The translations under genes and the position numbers were made by a program. The notes under the pieces are model-generated. The model did no database searches, was not told where the DNA came from, and was given only the letters and a program-made list of their open reading frames with translations. This document shows, in pieces, positions 1-9,369 of a stretch of DNA of 64,000 nt; position 1 is the first letter of the stretch; each line of letters starts with the position of its first letter. Source of the DNA: Candidatus Methanomethylophilaceae archaeon (GTDB lineage Archaea; Thermoplasmatota; Thermoplasmata; Methanomassiliicoccales; Methanomethylophilaceae); the NCBI GenBank assembly GCA_944320495.1, contig CALUHR010000002.1:36609-100608 (forward strand), read 5' to 3'.

Positions 1-1
1 A

Positions 2-478
2 GTGGACTGCTTCCTGTACCTCGGAGAGGGGGACTTCCATCCCCTTGCGGCCGCCCTCGGAGCGGGCAGGACCGTCATGGTCCTCAACCCCGTGACCGGG
101 GAGATCAGGGACATGTCGGAGTCCAGGGACCGCCTGATAAGGCGCAGATTCGCGGCGATACAGTCCGCCAGGGAGGCGCAGAGGTTCGTCATCATCGTCT
201 GCAGCAAGATAGGCCAATGCCGCAGGGAGCTCGCCGCGGAGGCGGAGCGCATGATATCCGAGACGGGACGCTCCGGCGTGACGGTGGTCCTTGAGGAGCT
301 GACGCCAGACTCCCTCGCCTCGTACAACGCGGATGCGTTCGTGTGCACCGCATGCCCGAGGGTCGCAATGGACGAATCCGCCCGCTACGGCCGTCCGATG
401 CTGACGGTCCCGGAGCTCGAGATCGCCCTCGGACTCAGGGAGTGGACCGGATACCCGTTCGATCAGATCAGGGGATGA
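2..478 (+). CDS. dph2: Diphthamide biosynthesis enzyme Dph2 (5'-truncated by window edge)
   Basis: KxGQxR segment and D-A-F-V-C-T-A-C-P-R-V motif typical of the Dph2 C-terminal half; ends TGA. Confidence 0.85.
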   Translation: MDCFLYLGEGDFHPLAAALGAGRTVMVLNPVTGEIRDMSESRDRLIRRRFAAIQSAREAQRFVIIVCSKIGQCRRELAAEAERMISETGRSGVTVVLEELTPDSLASYNADAFVCTACPRVAMDESARYGRPMLTVPELEIALGLREWTGYPFDQIRG

Positions 479-563
479 GCCTGGCACATCCTGTCCGAAC
501 CCTTTCCGACGCACGTTCCTCCAGCCTCTAAGTATTTATAGGGACCCCATTTAACGGTGGTCC

Positions 564-728
564 ATGGCAAAGAAGAACGACACGGGATTCCAGTCCTCTG
601 CCGGTCTGATGAGGTACTTCGACACCGAGAACCAGAAGGGTATCAGGATCAGTCCCCGCACCGTCATCGGACTCGCGATCGGCCTGATCGTCGTGGTCAT
701 GCTTCTCGGCGTCTTCGTCCCCCTCTGA
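564..728 (+). CDS. secG: Preprotein translocase subunit Sec61beta (SecG-like), 54 aa, missed by ORF track
   Basis: Manual translation MAKKNDTGFQSSAGLMRYFDTENQKGIRISPRTVIGLAIGLIVVVMLLGVFVPL*: SAGLMRYF motif plus C-terminal TM helix; TATA-like TATTTATA at 533-540. Confidence 0.85.
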   Translation: MAKKNDTGFQSSAGLMRYFDTENQKGIRISPRTVIGLAIGLIVVVMLLGVFVPL

Positions 729-876
729 GACGAGACCTAAAAACTGCGGACGGTCGTCCGCGATTTACATTTCTATCTTTCAGCTGTTGCTATGTGCGTT
801 GCCCTGTCCGGCAAACGTTATCCGATTGGAACGATGAAGAAGGGCCGCCCGGCGATGCCGGGCATTGTTTGTTTGA

Positions 877-2181
877 TCAGACCCTGTCCTCTGGCAGGAT
901 CTTGTACTCGTCGTGGTACTTGGACCTGAACATCTTGGAGATGATCGGCGGCGCGATGAGCGTCGTAATGACGGACATCAGGACGACGACGGCATAGAGC
1001 TCGGAGGACATCGCACCGGAGGACAGACCGATGGATGCGACAATGATACCGACCTCTCCTCTGGGCACCATACCGAATCCGATGATGTTGAGGGAGTGCC
1101 TGTCCAGCGTCTTGTCTCCCATCTTGGAACCGAGGCTGCATCCGATGTACTTGCCGATGACGGCAAGGACGATGACGACGGCCGCGAGAAGAAGGACGGA
1201 ACCGTTGGACAGTGTGTTGAGGTCCACCTGCATCCCTACGTTGAGGAAGAAGAAGGACAGCATGAACGTGGTGATCGAGTCGATCTTCTTCTCCAGGTCC
1301 CACTCCCATGCGTGATCAGCGAACATCATGCCTGCGAGGAACGCACCGATGATGGCCGCCAGTCCGATGATCTCGGCGAGAGCGGACATGGCGAGACAGA
1401 CGATGATGGCGACGACCAGCATGTTGACCGACATCGGGACCTTACCCTCGGCCATCTTCGCCTTGCGGCGGGCCTCGAAGTAGTCATAGATGCGCGGGAT
1501 GACCCACTTGCAGATCGCGATGATGGCGAGCACGAAGATGGCCGCCTGCGCGATGATGAGGATGATACCCCCTATGGAGAGAGAATCGCTCGTGGCCATT
1601 CCCTTGACGATGGCGAGGACGATCATCCCCAGGACATCATCGATGACCGCGGCAGCGATGATGATCCTAGCCTCGCGGGTGTCCATGAGCTTCATGTCCT
1701 TGATGATGCGAGCGGTGATTCCGACCGACGTGGCGACCATCGCTGCACCGAGGAACATGGCGTGGTTCATGTTGCCGTCATAGGCCATGATCACGATCAC
1801 GCCGAAGATGAACGGTACGATGACCCCCAGCAGGGCACAGAGGAAGGCTGGCTTCCCCGATTTCATCAGATCGTTGACGCGCGTCTCCAGCCCCACAGTG
1901 AACAGCAGGAATATCACTCCGATCTCGGCGAGCGCGTAGATCACATGGTAGACGTCGTTCCCATGATCGGTCAGGACTCCCGGCTCGGGCATGACACATC
2001 CGAGCACGCCTTCGAGCAGGGTGGTGTCACCGATCGGAATGTTCGCTACCGCGATTCCGATGAGAATCTCCCCGATGAGGCCTGGGAGCCCGAACCTGGA
2101 CACTATCGCAGAGCCCACGCGGGCGAGTGCGAAGAGGACCACCAGAGTCACGAGAATCTGGGCCAGGTATTCCAATTCCAT
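877..2181 (-). CDS. Cation:proton antiporter (CPA2/NapA-Kef family)
   Basis: Many TM segments, ATSVGIT and AAVIDD motifs, VPRGEVG; start taken at ATG 2181 (MELEY). Confidence 0.9.
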   Translation of the reverse strand: MELEYLAQILVTLVVLFALARVGSAIVSRFGLPGLIGEILIGIAVANIPIGDTTLLEGVLGCVMPEPGVLTDHGNDVYHVIYALAEIGVIFLLFTVGLETRVNDLMKSGKPAFLCALLGVIVPFIFGVIVIMAYDGNMNHAMFLGAAMVATSVGITARIIKDMKLMDTREARIIIAAAVIDDVLGMIVLAIVKGMATSDSLSIGGIILIIAQAAIFVLAIIAICKWVIPRIYDYFEARRKAKMAEGKVPMSVNMLVVAIIVCLAMSALAEIIGLAAIIGAFLAGMMFADHAWEWDLEKKIDSITTFMLSFFFLNVGMQVDLNTLSNGSVLLLAAVVIVLAVIGKYIGCSLGSKMGDKTLDRHSLNIIGFGMVPRGEVGIIVASIGLSSGAMSSELYAVVVLMSVITTLIAPPIISKMFRSKYHDEYKILPEDRV

Positions 2182-2323
2182 GACGACGCGAATCGTTCTG
2201 GATATATAACAAGGTGCGGAGGTTTTACATAACATTGGATGCACCCGGGGGAACCCCCCGGGTGCCGGGCCTCGGCCCGGGATGTGTGGATGTTTCCGGA
2301 AGTCGTTTGATTGGTGTTTAGCG

Positions 2324-3139
2324 TCAGAAGGAGAACGACACCCTCCATCCGCCCTCGGGGACCCTCTGGGGGCCGAAGGTGAACATCACGAGCGGCGTGT
2401 TCTCGACGGGCTCCGCCTCGGCGTCAGACTGGACGCATTCATCTGTGGCGGCCTCCGGGATCTCCATGTGCTCCGGCAGCGCCTCAGGGATCTCCGGAGC
2501 GGCGAGCATGAGGGCCCTCACGGGAGCGGCGAGCATGGCCATGGACGGCTGAGCGACCTCGTACACCGGCTCCGGCATACTGATGATGCCCATGGCGGCG
2601 TAGTCGCAGAGGAATCCGCATTCCTCAGGCAGGTCGAAGGCGTCGCTGTCCTCGAACGGGACGTCCCACACGTGCTCCGAGTCGCCGACCAGGGAACCTA
2701 TCGAGACCCAGTCGGGCTGCTCCTCGAAACCGCATGTCGTCGCCATCAGGGCTCCGAACGCGTCGCATGCCGCCTCCGGTACCTCGTACGGGACCTCGGC
2801 CTCCTCGCGGGTGAGCACGTCGGCCCATATCGACTCTGAGCCGTCATCCGGAATCTCCGGATCCTCGCATACCGACTCGGCGGAGAGTTCCGCCACCAGG
2901 GGATCGGCCAGGCACATGAGGTCGAAGACCTCGTCCTTGACGCGCATCCTCGGCGTGTCATCGAATATGAAGGCCTTGACGAAGCGTTTGGCGCACCCAT
3001 CGTCCGGCATCCATGGGTCCGGCTCGACCATCGGCTCCAGCTCGTCTATCGCGAGCCTGGGGACGGTCAGCACCATGACGTCGCGGACACGGTCCGTCAC
3101 TTTGGCGGACTCCGCGACCTGGGAGCCGAGGCCCTTCAC
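2324..3139 (-). CDS. Hypothetical acidic protein
   Basis: Open frame with host-like codon usage; GTG start at 3139 overlaps the upstream TGA (GTGA coupling); D/E/P-rich. Confidence 0.6.
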   Translation of the reverse strand: MKGLGSQVAESAKVTDRVRDVMVLTVPRLAIDELEPMVEPDPWMPDDGCAKRFVKAFIFDDTPRMRVKDEVFDLMCLADPLVAELSAESVCEDPEIPDDGSESIWADVLTREEAEVPYEVPEAACDAFGALMATTCGFEEQPDWVSIGSLVGDSEHVWDVPFEDSDAFDLPEECGFLCDYAAMGIISMPEPVYEVAQPSMAMLAAPVRALMLAAPEIPEALPEHMEIPEAATDECVQSDAEAEPVENTPLVMFTFGPQRVPEGGWRVSFSF

Positions 3140-4608
3140 TCCAAAGGGCTCTGGAGCCCCTCCTTGGACTCCTCCTTGTCGACGCTGACCAGCATTCCGT
3201 TGCTGAACTTGAAGCGGGCGGACCTCGTGGACCTGGGGCGGGTGATGACCGGGTCGGCCATGGGGGGCAGAGCCTCTCCCTCGGCATCGATGGCGCATCC
3301 GGGCCTGGTTGCCACGGCGGAACCGGTGGCCGCCATCTGCGGGGCGACCATGGTGGCCTCGATGCTGCTGGCGACGACGTCGGAGGAGGGTTCGCTGCCC
3401 TCGACGTGGAGACCCTCTATTACCTCGGCGGGCTTGGCGGCCTCCGCGGCGACGACCTCGTCGATCACCGCTCCGACCACGGCCTCGTCGATGACGGACT
3501 CCGCGACCTCCTGCTCGATGACCGCCTCGATGTCGGCCTCGACGACGGGAGCCTCGATCGCGTCTGCGACAGGAACCTCCGCCTGGACCTCCTCGACGGG
3601 GGTCTCGACTGGAGTCTCGTCCACAGCCTCGACGACGGGGGTCTCCTCGACGGGAGCCTCGGCCTGGACCTCGGTCTCGTCATCATCGAAGAACCAGTCG
3701 TAATCCTCGACCTCGACGTTGCTGTCGCAGTCGAGCGTCTCCGGCTCCTCGGCCTCGGGCTCCGCCTCAATGAAGAACTCCTCGTGGCGCTCGGTGGCGG
3801 GCATGCCCATGAACACATCCTCGTTGAGCACGGGGGCGGGCTCGGCCTGGACCTCCTCGACGGGGACGGGCTCGGCCTGAATCTCCGGGACGGCCTCCTC
3901 AGCAGCGTCAGCGACCTCATGGCGCGGGGCAGAGACGATACGGCTCATCAGGGAGTCGTACGCCTTGGTGGCCTCCTCGGGCTTGGATTCGATTATGACG
4001 TGGTCATCATCGTCCTCGTCGTCGGCCACCTCGATGGAGGGGGCCGGATGGACGTTGCTGACACGGGTGACCTTATCCAGGAACCCGGGTCTCGTGACCT
4101 CGATGTGCCCGCCGTTGTTGACTCCGACCACTCCGACGTACGTGTTGGACTGCTGGGAGCTGAGCGGGACGTTCTTGAAGAGGCTCCTCGCATCCTCGGG
4201 AGCCGGCTCGGACTCGGCCTTGGTCTCGCTGTTGGTGGCGAAGGGGTCGGAGGATCCGACGAAATTGCCCTCGGTCGCCCTGACGAGCACAGGCTCGCCG
4301 TCGTTGAACAGGGCCTTGTCGGACATCCTGGAGATGAAGATCTCGCTGTCGTCCTTTATGTTGTATCTCTCGTAGCCGTAGTTGTCGAGCTCGCGGACTC
4401 CCTTGGAGTACACGGACGAATCCCTGTTGGCCATCCTGCCGTGGAGGTTCGTCCCCCTGTCCTTGAAGCTCTCCATGCCGCGGGAGATACTGTCCCCGAG
4501 GTGCGTGAGTCCGTTCTTTATCGTTGATGTCGCATCCGATGCGCTGATCGGAATACGAGCCTTGAAGCTCCTGCGAGAGCTACCGCTGTCTTGAGTGTTA
4601 TCACTCAT
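3136..4608 (-). CDS. Hypothetical acidic, low-complexity (E/V/A/P-rich) protein
   Basis: About 490-codon ORF with repeated VEEVQAE / PVEETP-like motifs; AT-rich promoter-like DNA upstream. Confidence 0.7.
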   Translation of the reverse strand: MSDNTQDSGSSRRSFKARIPISASDATSTIKNGLTHLGDSISRGMESFKDRGTNLHGRMANRDSSVYSKGVRELDNYGYERYNIKDDSEIFISRMSDKALFNDGEPVLVRATEGNFVGSSDPFATNSETKAESEPAPEDARSLFKNVPLSSQQSNTYVGVVGVNNGGHIEVTRPGFLDKVTRVSNVHPAPSIEVADDEDDDDHVIIESKPEEATKAYDSLMSRIVSAPRHEVADAAEEAVPEIQAEPVPVEEVQAEPAPVLNEDVFMGMPATERHEEFFIEAEPEAEEPETLDCDSNVEVEDYDWFFDDDETEVQAEAPVEETPVVEAVDETPVETPVEEVQAEVPVADAIEAPVVEADIEAVIEQEVAESVIDEAVVGAVIDEVVAAEAAKPAEVIEGLHVEGSEPSSDVVASSIEATMVAPQMAATGSAVATRPGCAIDAEGEALPPMADPVITRPRSTRSARFKFSNGMLVSVDKEESKEGLQSPLE

Positions 4609-4689
4609 ATCCACATCCCATCCGTCTTTCGTGTATGTGGTATCACTATAAAAAAAAGATGGAAGCTTAAAAAAGACGGGCGGGAATCG

Positions 4690-5073
4690 TCATCCGCGGA
4701 CGAATTTCACGTAGTCCGCCTTGCCCTCCGACTGAATGTCGCGAAGCATCCTCGACAGGGTCTCGCCGTCGCAGGAGACGACCATGACCTCGAGGCACTT
4801 GTGGTTCCTGAGGTGGGAATGGAGCTGGGTCTTGATCGTCCTCTCGTACCTCCCCTGTATGCACATCATCCACGGGTCCTCGTGGTTCCCGCGCACGATT
4901 ATCAGGACTCCCTCGACGTCGCCCTCCATCGCCTCCATCTCACGGATGTCGGCGAGTGCGGCGTTTATGGAGGCGCGTACCGCCTCGGACCTCCCACTGA
5001 GGCCATAGGTCTCTTGAATCCTGTCCAGTGCCGCGAGGTTCTCGTCGTTCAGAGAGACGCTGACTATCCCCAT
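4690..5073 (-). CDS. NikR/CopG-family ribbon-helix-helix metal-responsive regulator
   Basis: N-terminal IVSVSL RHH strand, GxSGRSE; C-terminal HxH...C (LHSHLRNHKCLEV). Confidence 0.85.
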   Translation of the reverse strand: MGIVSVSLNDENLAALDRIQETYGLSGRSEAVRASINAALADIREMEAMEGDVEGVLIIVRGNHEDPWMMCIQGRYERTIKTQLHSHLRNHKCLEVMVVSCDGETLSRMLRDIQSEGKADYVKFVRG

Positions 5074-5074
5074 G

Positions 5075-5150
5075 ATGCCACCTTAATAACTCTGCATGCT
5101 GATAGAGGTGGCATATTATTAACATTCTCAAAACACTTTAATATTAACAT
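5075..5150. promoter_or_regulatory. Divergent promoter region with inverted and direct repeats
   Basis: ATGCCACCT (5075-5083) / AGGTGGCAT (5106-5114) inverted repeat; TATTAACAT direct repeat at 5117-5125 and 5142-5150. Confidence 0.45.
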
Positions 5151-5165
5151 GCCCAACACTCAGAC

Positions 5166-5960
5166 ATGGACACCGTCATCCTGTTCCTGGCCTATTCGAT
5201 CGGTATCCTGGCGCTATCAATGATCGGAGCCTTCCTGCCCCGCATCAGGATGCTGTCGGACCGTCAGATCCACCTGCTGGTGGCGCTCAGCGCCGGCATA
5301 TTCGTGGGTCTGTTGTTCCTCCTCCTGCTCCCAGAGGCCTTCGACGCCAACATCCACGCCTACGACGGCCACGAGGGGATCAACTATGCGCTCTACGCCA
5401 TCCTGGCGGGATTCCTCCTGATCATGGCGGTCGAGATCTACCTGAAGCACCGCCACATGTCCGGATGCTCCTGCGAATGCGGATCCGACTCCCACAGCCA
5501 CAAGCTCACGTCGATGTCCTCCTTCATCGGACTGTCCATCCACGCCGCCTGCGACGGTCTCGCACTTGCCGCCACCTTCCTGGCCGGGGGCGAGATAGCC
5601 GCCATCACCACGGTGGGTATGTGCGTTCACAAGTTCGTCGTCCTGTTCTCGCTATCGTCGATGCTCCTGGTATCGGACATCCCGAAGAGGAAGAGCATGT
5701 TTTACCTGCTGGGATTCGGCCTCATCACCCCCGTGGCGGGTCTCGTGTTCTTCGCCGTGCTCAGCGGGCTCTCTGACATCAGCGGCCTCACTGGGATCCC
5801 CTTGGCGTTCGCCGCGGGTACGTTCATGTACGTCGCGCTGTGCGACATCCTCCCGGAGGCGTTCCACCGCAAGAAGCAGGACCTCCAGTCCTTCGGACTC
5901 GTGATCCTGGGAATCGCGATCGTCCTAGCCATCACAATCATCTTCCCGCACACCCATTGA
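5166..5960 (+). CDS. ZIP-family divalent metal transporter
   Basis: LSIHAACDG and CVHKF TM motifs, His/Cys-rich loop, YVALCDILPE. Confidence 0.9.
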   Translation: MDTVILFLAYSIGILALSMIGAFLPRIRMLSDRQIHLLVALSAGIFVGLLFLLLLPEAFDANIHAYDGHEGINYALYAILAGFLLIMAVEIYLKHRHMSGCSCECGSDSHSHKLTSMSSFIGLSIHAACDGLALAATFLAGGEIAAITTVGMCVHKFVVLFSLSSMLLVSDIPKRKSMFYLLGFGLITPVAGLVFFAVLSGLSDISGLTGIPLAFAAGTFMYVALCDILPEAFHRKKQDLQSFGLVILGIAIVLAITIIFPHTH

Positions 5961-6038
5961 GTGCGCTCAAAACGGGGTTCGGCCCTCACGCAGGGCTTCC
6001 CCGCAACCCTTAAGGTATGACGGACATGGGGAATCCAC

Positions 6039-6974
6039 ATGCTGGTAGAATCGGACCTGTGGTACGTCTTCATCGCCATCATCATCGTGCTCCTGGCAGC
6101 CGATCTGTGGATCAACAGGAAGCCGCACCACATCCCCCTGAAAAGCGCTCTGGCCCAGACGTGCGTCTGGGTGGGTGTCGCCCTCGCCTTCGGCGTCCTG
6201 CTGTTCATCGTGACGAAGGACGCCGAAAAGACGATGGAGTACTACACCGCGTACGCCATCGAGGAGGCGATGAGCATGGACAACCTGTTCGTGTTCATCA
6301 TCCTGTTCGCATACTTCGGAATCAAGGACGAGGATCAGCACCATGCGCTGTTCTACGGCGTCATCGGTGCCATCGTGTTCCGTGCGATCTTCATCTTCGT
6401 CGGTGTGGAGCTCATCGAGAGGTTCGAGCCGATCCTCTATGTGTTCGGAGTGATCCTGCTGATAATAGCGCTGAAGACGCTGTTCAGCAAGGACGACGAC
6501 AACAAGGAGAACAAGATCGCGAAGTACATGAAGAACCGCTTCAACTACGTCGACGGCGACGAGACCCGCGGAAAGATGTTCGTGAAGGTCAACGGCAAGC
6601 GCGTCATCACGATTCTGTTCCTGTGCGTCATCGTCATCGAGCTGACCGACATCGTGTTCGCCCTGGACTCCATCCCGGCGGTCCTGGCGATCTCCACCGA
6701 CACACTGGTCATCTACACCTCGAACATCTTCGCGGTCATGGGCCTCAGGTCCCTGTTCTTCGTCATCCACGGAGGCATGGAGTCCATCAGGTACCTCAAG
6801 TACGGTCTCGGGGTCATCCTGCTGTTCGTGTCCATGAAGCTGCTGTTCCTGCACGACTTCCCCGTCGTCTGGTCCCTGGTCATCATCATCGGAGTGCTCC
6901 TGATCACCATCGTGGCATCCCTGCTCAAGAACAGGTCCGAGAGGGCGAAGGCCGGAAAGGCGCAAAACCCCTGA
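6039..6974 (+). CDS. TerC/Alx-family membrane protein
   Basis: YAIEEAMSMDNLFVF and ELTDIVFALDSIPAVLAI motifs. Confidence 0.9.
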   Translation: MLVESDLWYVFIAIIIVLLAADLWINRKPHHIPLKSALAQTCVWVGVALAFGVLLFIVTKDAEKTMEYYTAYAIEEAMSMDNLFVFIILFAYFGIKDEDQHHALFYGVIGAIVFRAIFIFVGVELIERFEPILYVFGVILLIIALKTLFSKDDDNKENKIAKYMKNRFNYVDGDETRGKMFVKVNGKRVITILFLCVIVIELTDIVFALDSIPAVLAISTDTLVIYTSNIFAVMGLRSLFFVIHGGMESIRYLKYGLGVILLFVSMKLLFLHDFPVVWSLVIIIGVLLITIVASLLKNRSERAKAGKAQNP

Positions 6975-7036
6975 AACTCCAGGACGGGGGCCTCCCCGTC
7001 CATCCTTCCTTCCCCCTACTCACATTCATTATGTCC

Positions 7037-7051
7037 AACCCGTTACGGGTT
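7037..7051. promoter_or_regulatory. Palindrome upstream of csoR (possible autoregulatory operator)
   Basis: AACCCGT-T-ACGGGTT palindrome ending 4 nt before the ATG. Confidence 0.45.
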
Positions 7052-7055
7052 AGGT

Positions 7056-7328
7056 ATGAAGCAATGCATGGACGCGGACAATCTGCACCGTCGCCTCAAG
7101 AAGATCCAGGGGCAGATCGCCGCGATAGACCGGATGATCGACGAGGACGTCCCGTGCGAGGACATCATCGTGCAGGTCAACGCCGTGAAGAGCGCGGTCC
7201 ATAAGGTCGGCCAGATCATCATGGAAGGACACATCCAGCACTGCGTCAGGGACGGTATCGAACACGGCGACGCCGACAAGACCATCGCCGAGTTCACCAA
7301 GGTCATCGAGCAGTTCTCTAAGATCTGA
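7056..7328 (+). CDS. csoR: CsoR/RcnR-family metal-sensing repressor
   Basis: RLKKIQGQ, PCEDI, EGHIQHC (x-C-H-C fingerprint). Confidence 0.9.
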   Translation: MKQCMDADNLHRRLKKIQGQIAAIDRMIDEDVPCEDIIVQVNAVKSAVHKVGQIIMEGHIQHCVRDGIEHGDADKTIAEFTKVIEQFSKI

Positions 7329-7338
7329 CAACCTCTTG

Positions 7339-7380
7339 ATACCCCCTACGGGTATTAATACCACTACCCCGTAGGGGTAT
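7339..7380. promoter_or_regulatory. Tandem CsoR-type operators flanking a TATA-like box
   Basis: ATACCCCCTACGGGTAT (7339-7355) and TACCCCGTAGGGGTAT (7365-7380), TAC-C/G tract-GTA architecture; TATTAATA at 7353-7360. Confidence 0.75.
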
Positions 7381-7386
7381 CAGAAG

Positions 7387-9288
7387 GTGATTAGCGTGTC
7401 CTTGGTCAAGGACGCCATATCCGAACAGAAGATACCGTTCGCCTGCATCGTCATAGGCATCGCCGCCCTGCTCGCTTCGTTCCTGGCCGAGTGGGCGTGG
7501 CCAATAGTTTTCGTACCGATTCTGATCTGCGGCGTCCCGATAGTCTGGGGCGCCATCATCGGCGTGGTGAAGGAGCACGACATCACCGCCGACGTGCTCG
7601 TCTCCGTCGCCATCGTGGCTTCCGTCCTCATCGGAGAGTACGACGCCGCTGCCGAGATAGCCATCATCATGCAGATCGGAGGATTCCTCGAGGAGGCCAC
7701 CGTCAACCATGCCAACGCCAGCATCATGAGGCTCGTGGGCATGAGGCCGGCGACCGCCAGGGTCGTCAGGGGCGGACAGGAATCCACAGTCCCGGTGGAG
7801 GACGTCGTCCTCGGGGACACCGTGCGTGTGATACCGGGCGAGATCGTCCCCGTCGACGGCGTCGTCCTCAGCGGGACCACCTCGGTAAACAACTCCATCC
7901 TGACCGGCGAATCGGTCCCCCGCGACGTCGCCCCCGGGGACCGCGTCTCCTCCGGGACGGTGAACATGTTCGGTTCCGTGGACATCTCGGTGGACCGCGT
8001 GGGCGACGACACCACCATAGCCAGGATGACTAGGATCATCGAGAACGCGGACGCCGGCAAGTCCAGGGTCGTCCGCACTGCTGACAGATGGGCCGTCTAC
8101 ATCGTCATCATCGCGTTCACCGTGGCTATCCTCTCGTATCTCGCCTTCCAGGACGTATACAGGTCCGTGACCGTTCTGGTCGTGTTCTGCCCCTGCGCGC
8201 TAATACTGGCCACCCCCACCGCGATCATGGCCGCTGCGGGCAACATGTCGAAGAGGGGCATCCTCGTGAAGGACGGTGGCGCCGTCGAGCGCATGGCGTC
8301 GGTGGACACCATCCTGATGGACAAGACCGGCACCCTCACCACGGGGGAGATCGTCTGCCACGGCTTCACCAGCACCGATACCGCTACCGATGCGGAGATC
8401 ATCGAGCGCTTCGTCTCGGCGGTGGAGTCGCGCTCCGAGCACCCGCTCGGCAGGGCGATCGCATCCGCCCATAGGGGCGAGATGGAACCTGCGGAGGACT
8501 TCGCCTACATGCCCGGACGCGGGGTCTCCGGGACCGTCCGCGGCTTACGCGTCACAGCCGGCAACGAAGGTCTCATGACGGAGCTCTGCCCCGAAAACTT
8601 GGACGCAACGCTGGAATCCGCGGCCAAGGTCAGGGACGAAGGATACACCGTCGTGTTCTCCGGCATCGACGGGAGGACCGTCGGTTTCGCCGTGCTCTCG
8701 GACACGCTGAAGCGCGATTCCGCGGAGACGGTCTCCGAGCTCAGGGGCCTGGGCATCAGGACCGTCATGCTGACAGGGGACGACCGCCATGTCGCCAGGA
8801 GGATAGCCGATTCCCTCGGGATGGACGATGTGATCTGGGAATGCCTCCCGGAGGACAAGCTGCGGACCGTCGTCTCGATGGAGGGGGAGAGGACCACCTG
8901 CATGGTCGGCGACGGGATCAACGACGCCCCCGCGCTCAAGCGTGCCGACGTGGGCATCGCCATGGGCGGCATAGGGAACGAGATGGCCACCGAGAACGCG
9001 GACATAGTGTTCGTCGACGACGACGTCTCCAAAATCGGAGGTGTGGTCAGGCTGAGCCGCAGGACGCTGTTCACGATCAAGGCGGGAATAACGTTCTCGA
9101 TCGTCCTCAACTCCGTGGCCATGGTCATGGCCGTGTTCGGGCTCATGGGTCCCATCGCCGGTGCGCTGGTCCACAACATCGGATCGGTCATCGTCATCAT
9201 CATGGCCGCCCTGCTGCTCAGATACGAATGCTGGCCGTCCCCCGGTAGAGACCGCACGGGCCCCGGGAGAACCACGGCCTCGGTCTGA
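7387..9288 (+). CDS. Heavy-metal P1B-type ATPase lacking an N-terminal metal-binding domain
   Basis: TGES, CPC, DKTGT, SEHPL, TGD, GDGINDAP; start may be GTG 7396. Confidence 0.95.
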   Translation: MISVSLVKDAISEQKIPFACIVIGIAALLASFLAEWAWPIVFVPILICGVPIVWGAIIGVVKEHDITADVLVSVAIVASVLIGEYDAAAEIAIIMQIGGFLEEATVNHANASIMRLVGMRPATARVVRGGQESTVPVEDVVLGDTVRVIPGEIVPVDGVVLSGTTSVNNSILTGESVPRDVAPGDRVSSGTVNMFGSVDISVDRVGDDTTIARMTRIIENADAGKSRVVRTADRWAVYIVIIAFTVAILSYLAFQDVYRSVTVLVVFCPCALILATPTAIMAAAGNMSKRGILVKDGGAVERMASVDTILMDKTGTLTTGEIVCHGFTSTDTATDAEIIERFVSAVESRSEHPLGRAIASAHRGEMEPAEDFAYMPGRGVSGTVRGLRVTAGNEGLMTELCPENLDATLESAAKVRDEGYTVVFSGIDGRTVGFAVLSDTLKRDSAETVSELRGLGIRTVMLTGDDRHVARRIADSLGMDDVIWECLPEDKLRTVVSMEGERTTCMVGDGINDAPALKRADVGIAMGGIGNEMATENADIVFVDDDVSKIGGVVRLSRRTLFTIKAGITFSIVLNSVAMVMAVFGLMGPIAGALVHNIGSVIVIIMAALLLRYECWPSPGRDRTGPGRTTASV

Positions 9289-9295
9289 GAACAAA

Positions 9296-9335
9296 GCCGT
9301 TCGACGAAAGACGTATTTATCATTCGTCGAACGGC
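9296..9335. terminator. 13-bp inverted repeat (terminator or operator)
   Basis: GCCGTTCGACGAA-N14-TTCGTCGAACGGC between the ATPase stop and the next TATA (CTTTTATAT, 9341-9349). Confidence 0.5.
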
Positions 9336-9369
9336 GTACACTTTTATATGATACCTGCATCAGCCACTC

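Noticed and set aside
5961-6038. yybP-ykoY (Mn) riboswitch upstream of TerC/Alx
   Set aside because: The 78-nt spacer shows no motif I can recognise; an Rfam scan would settle it.
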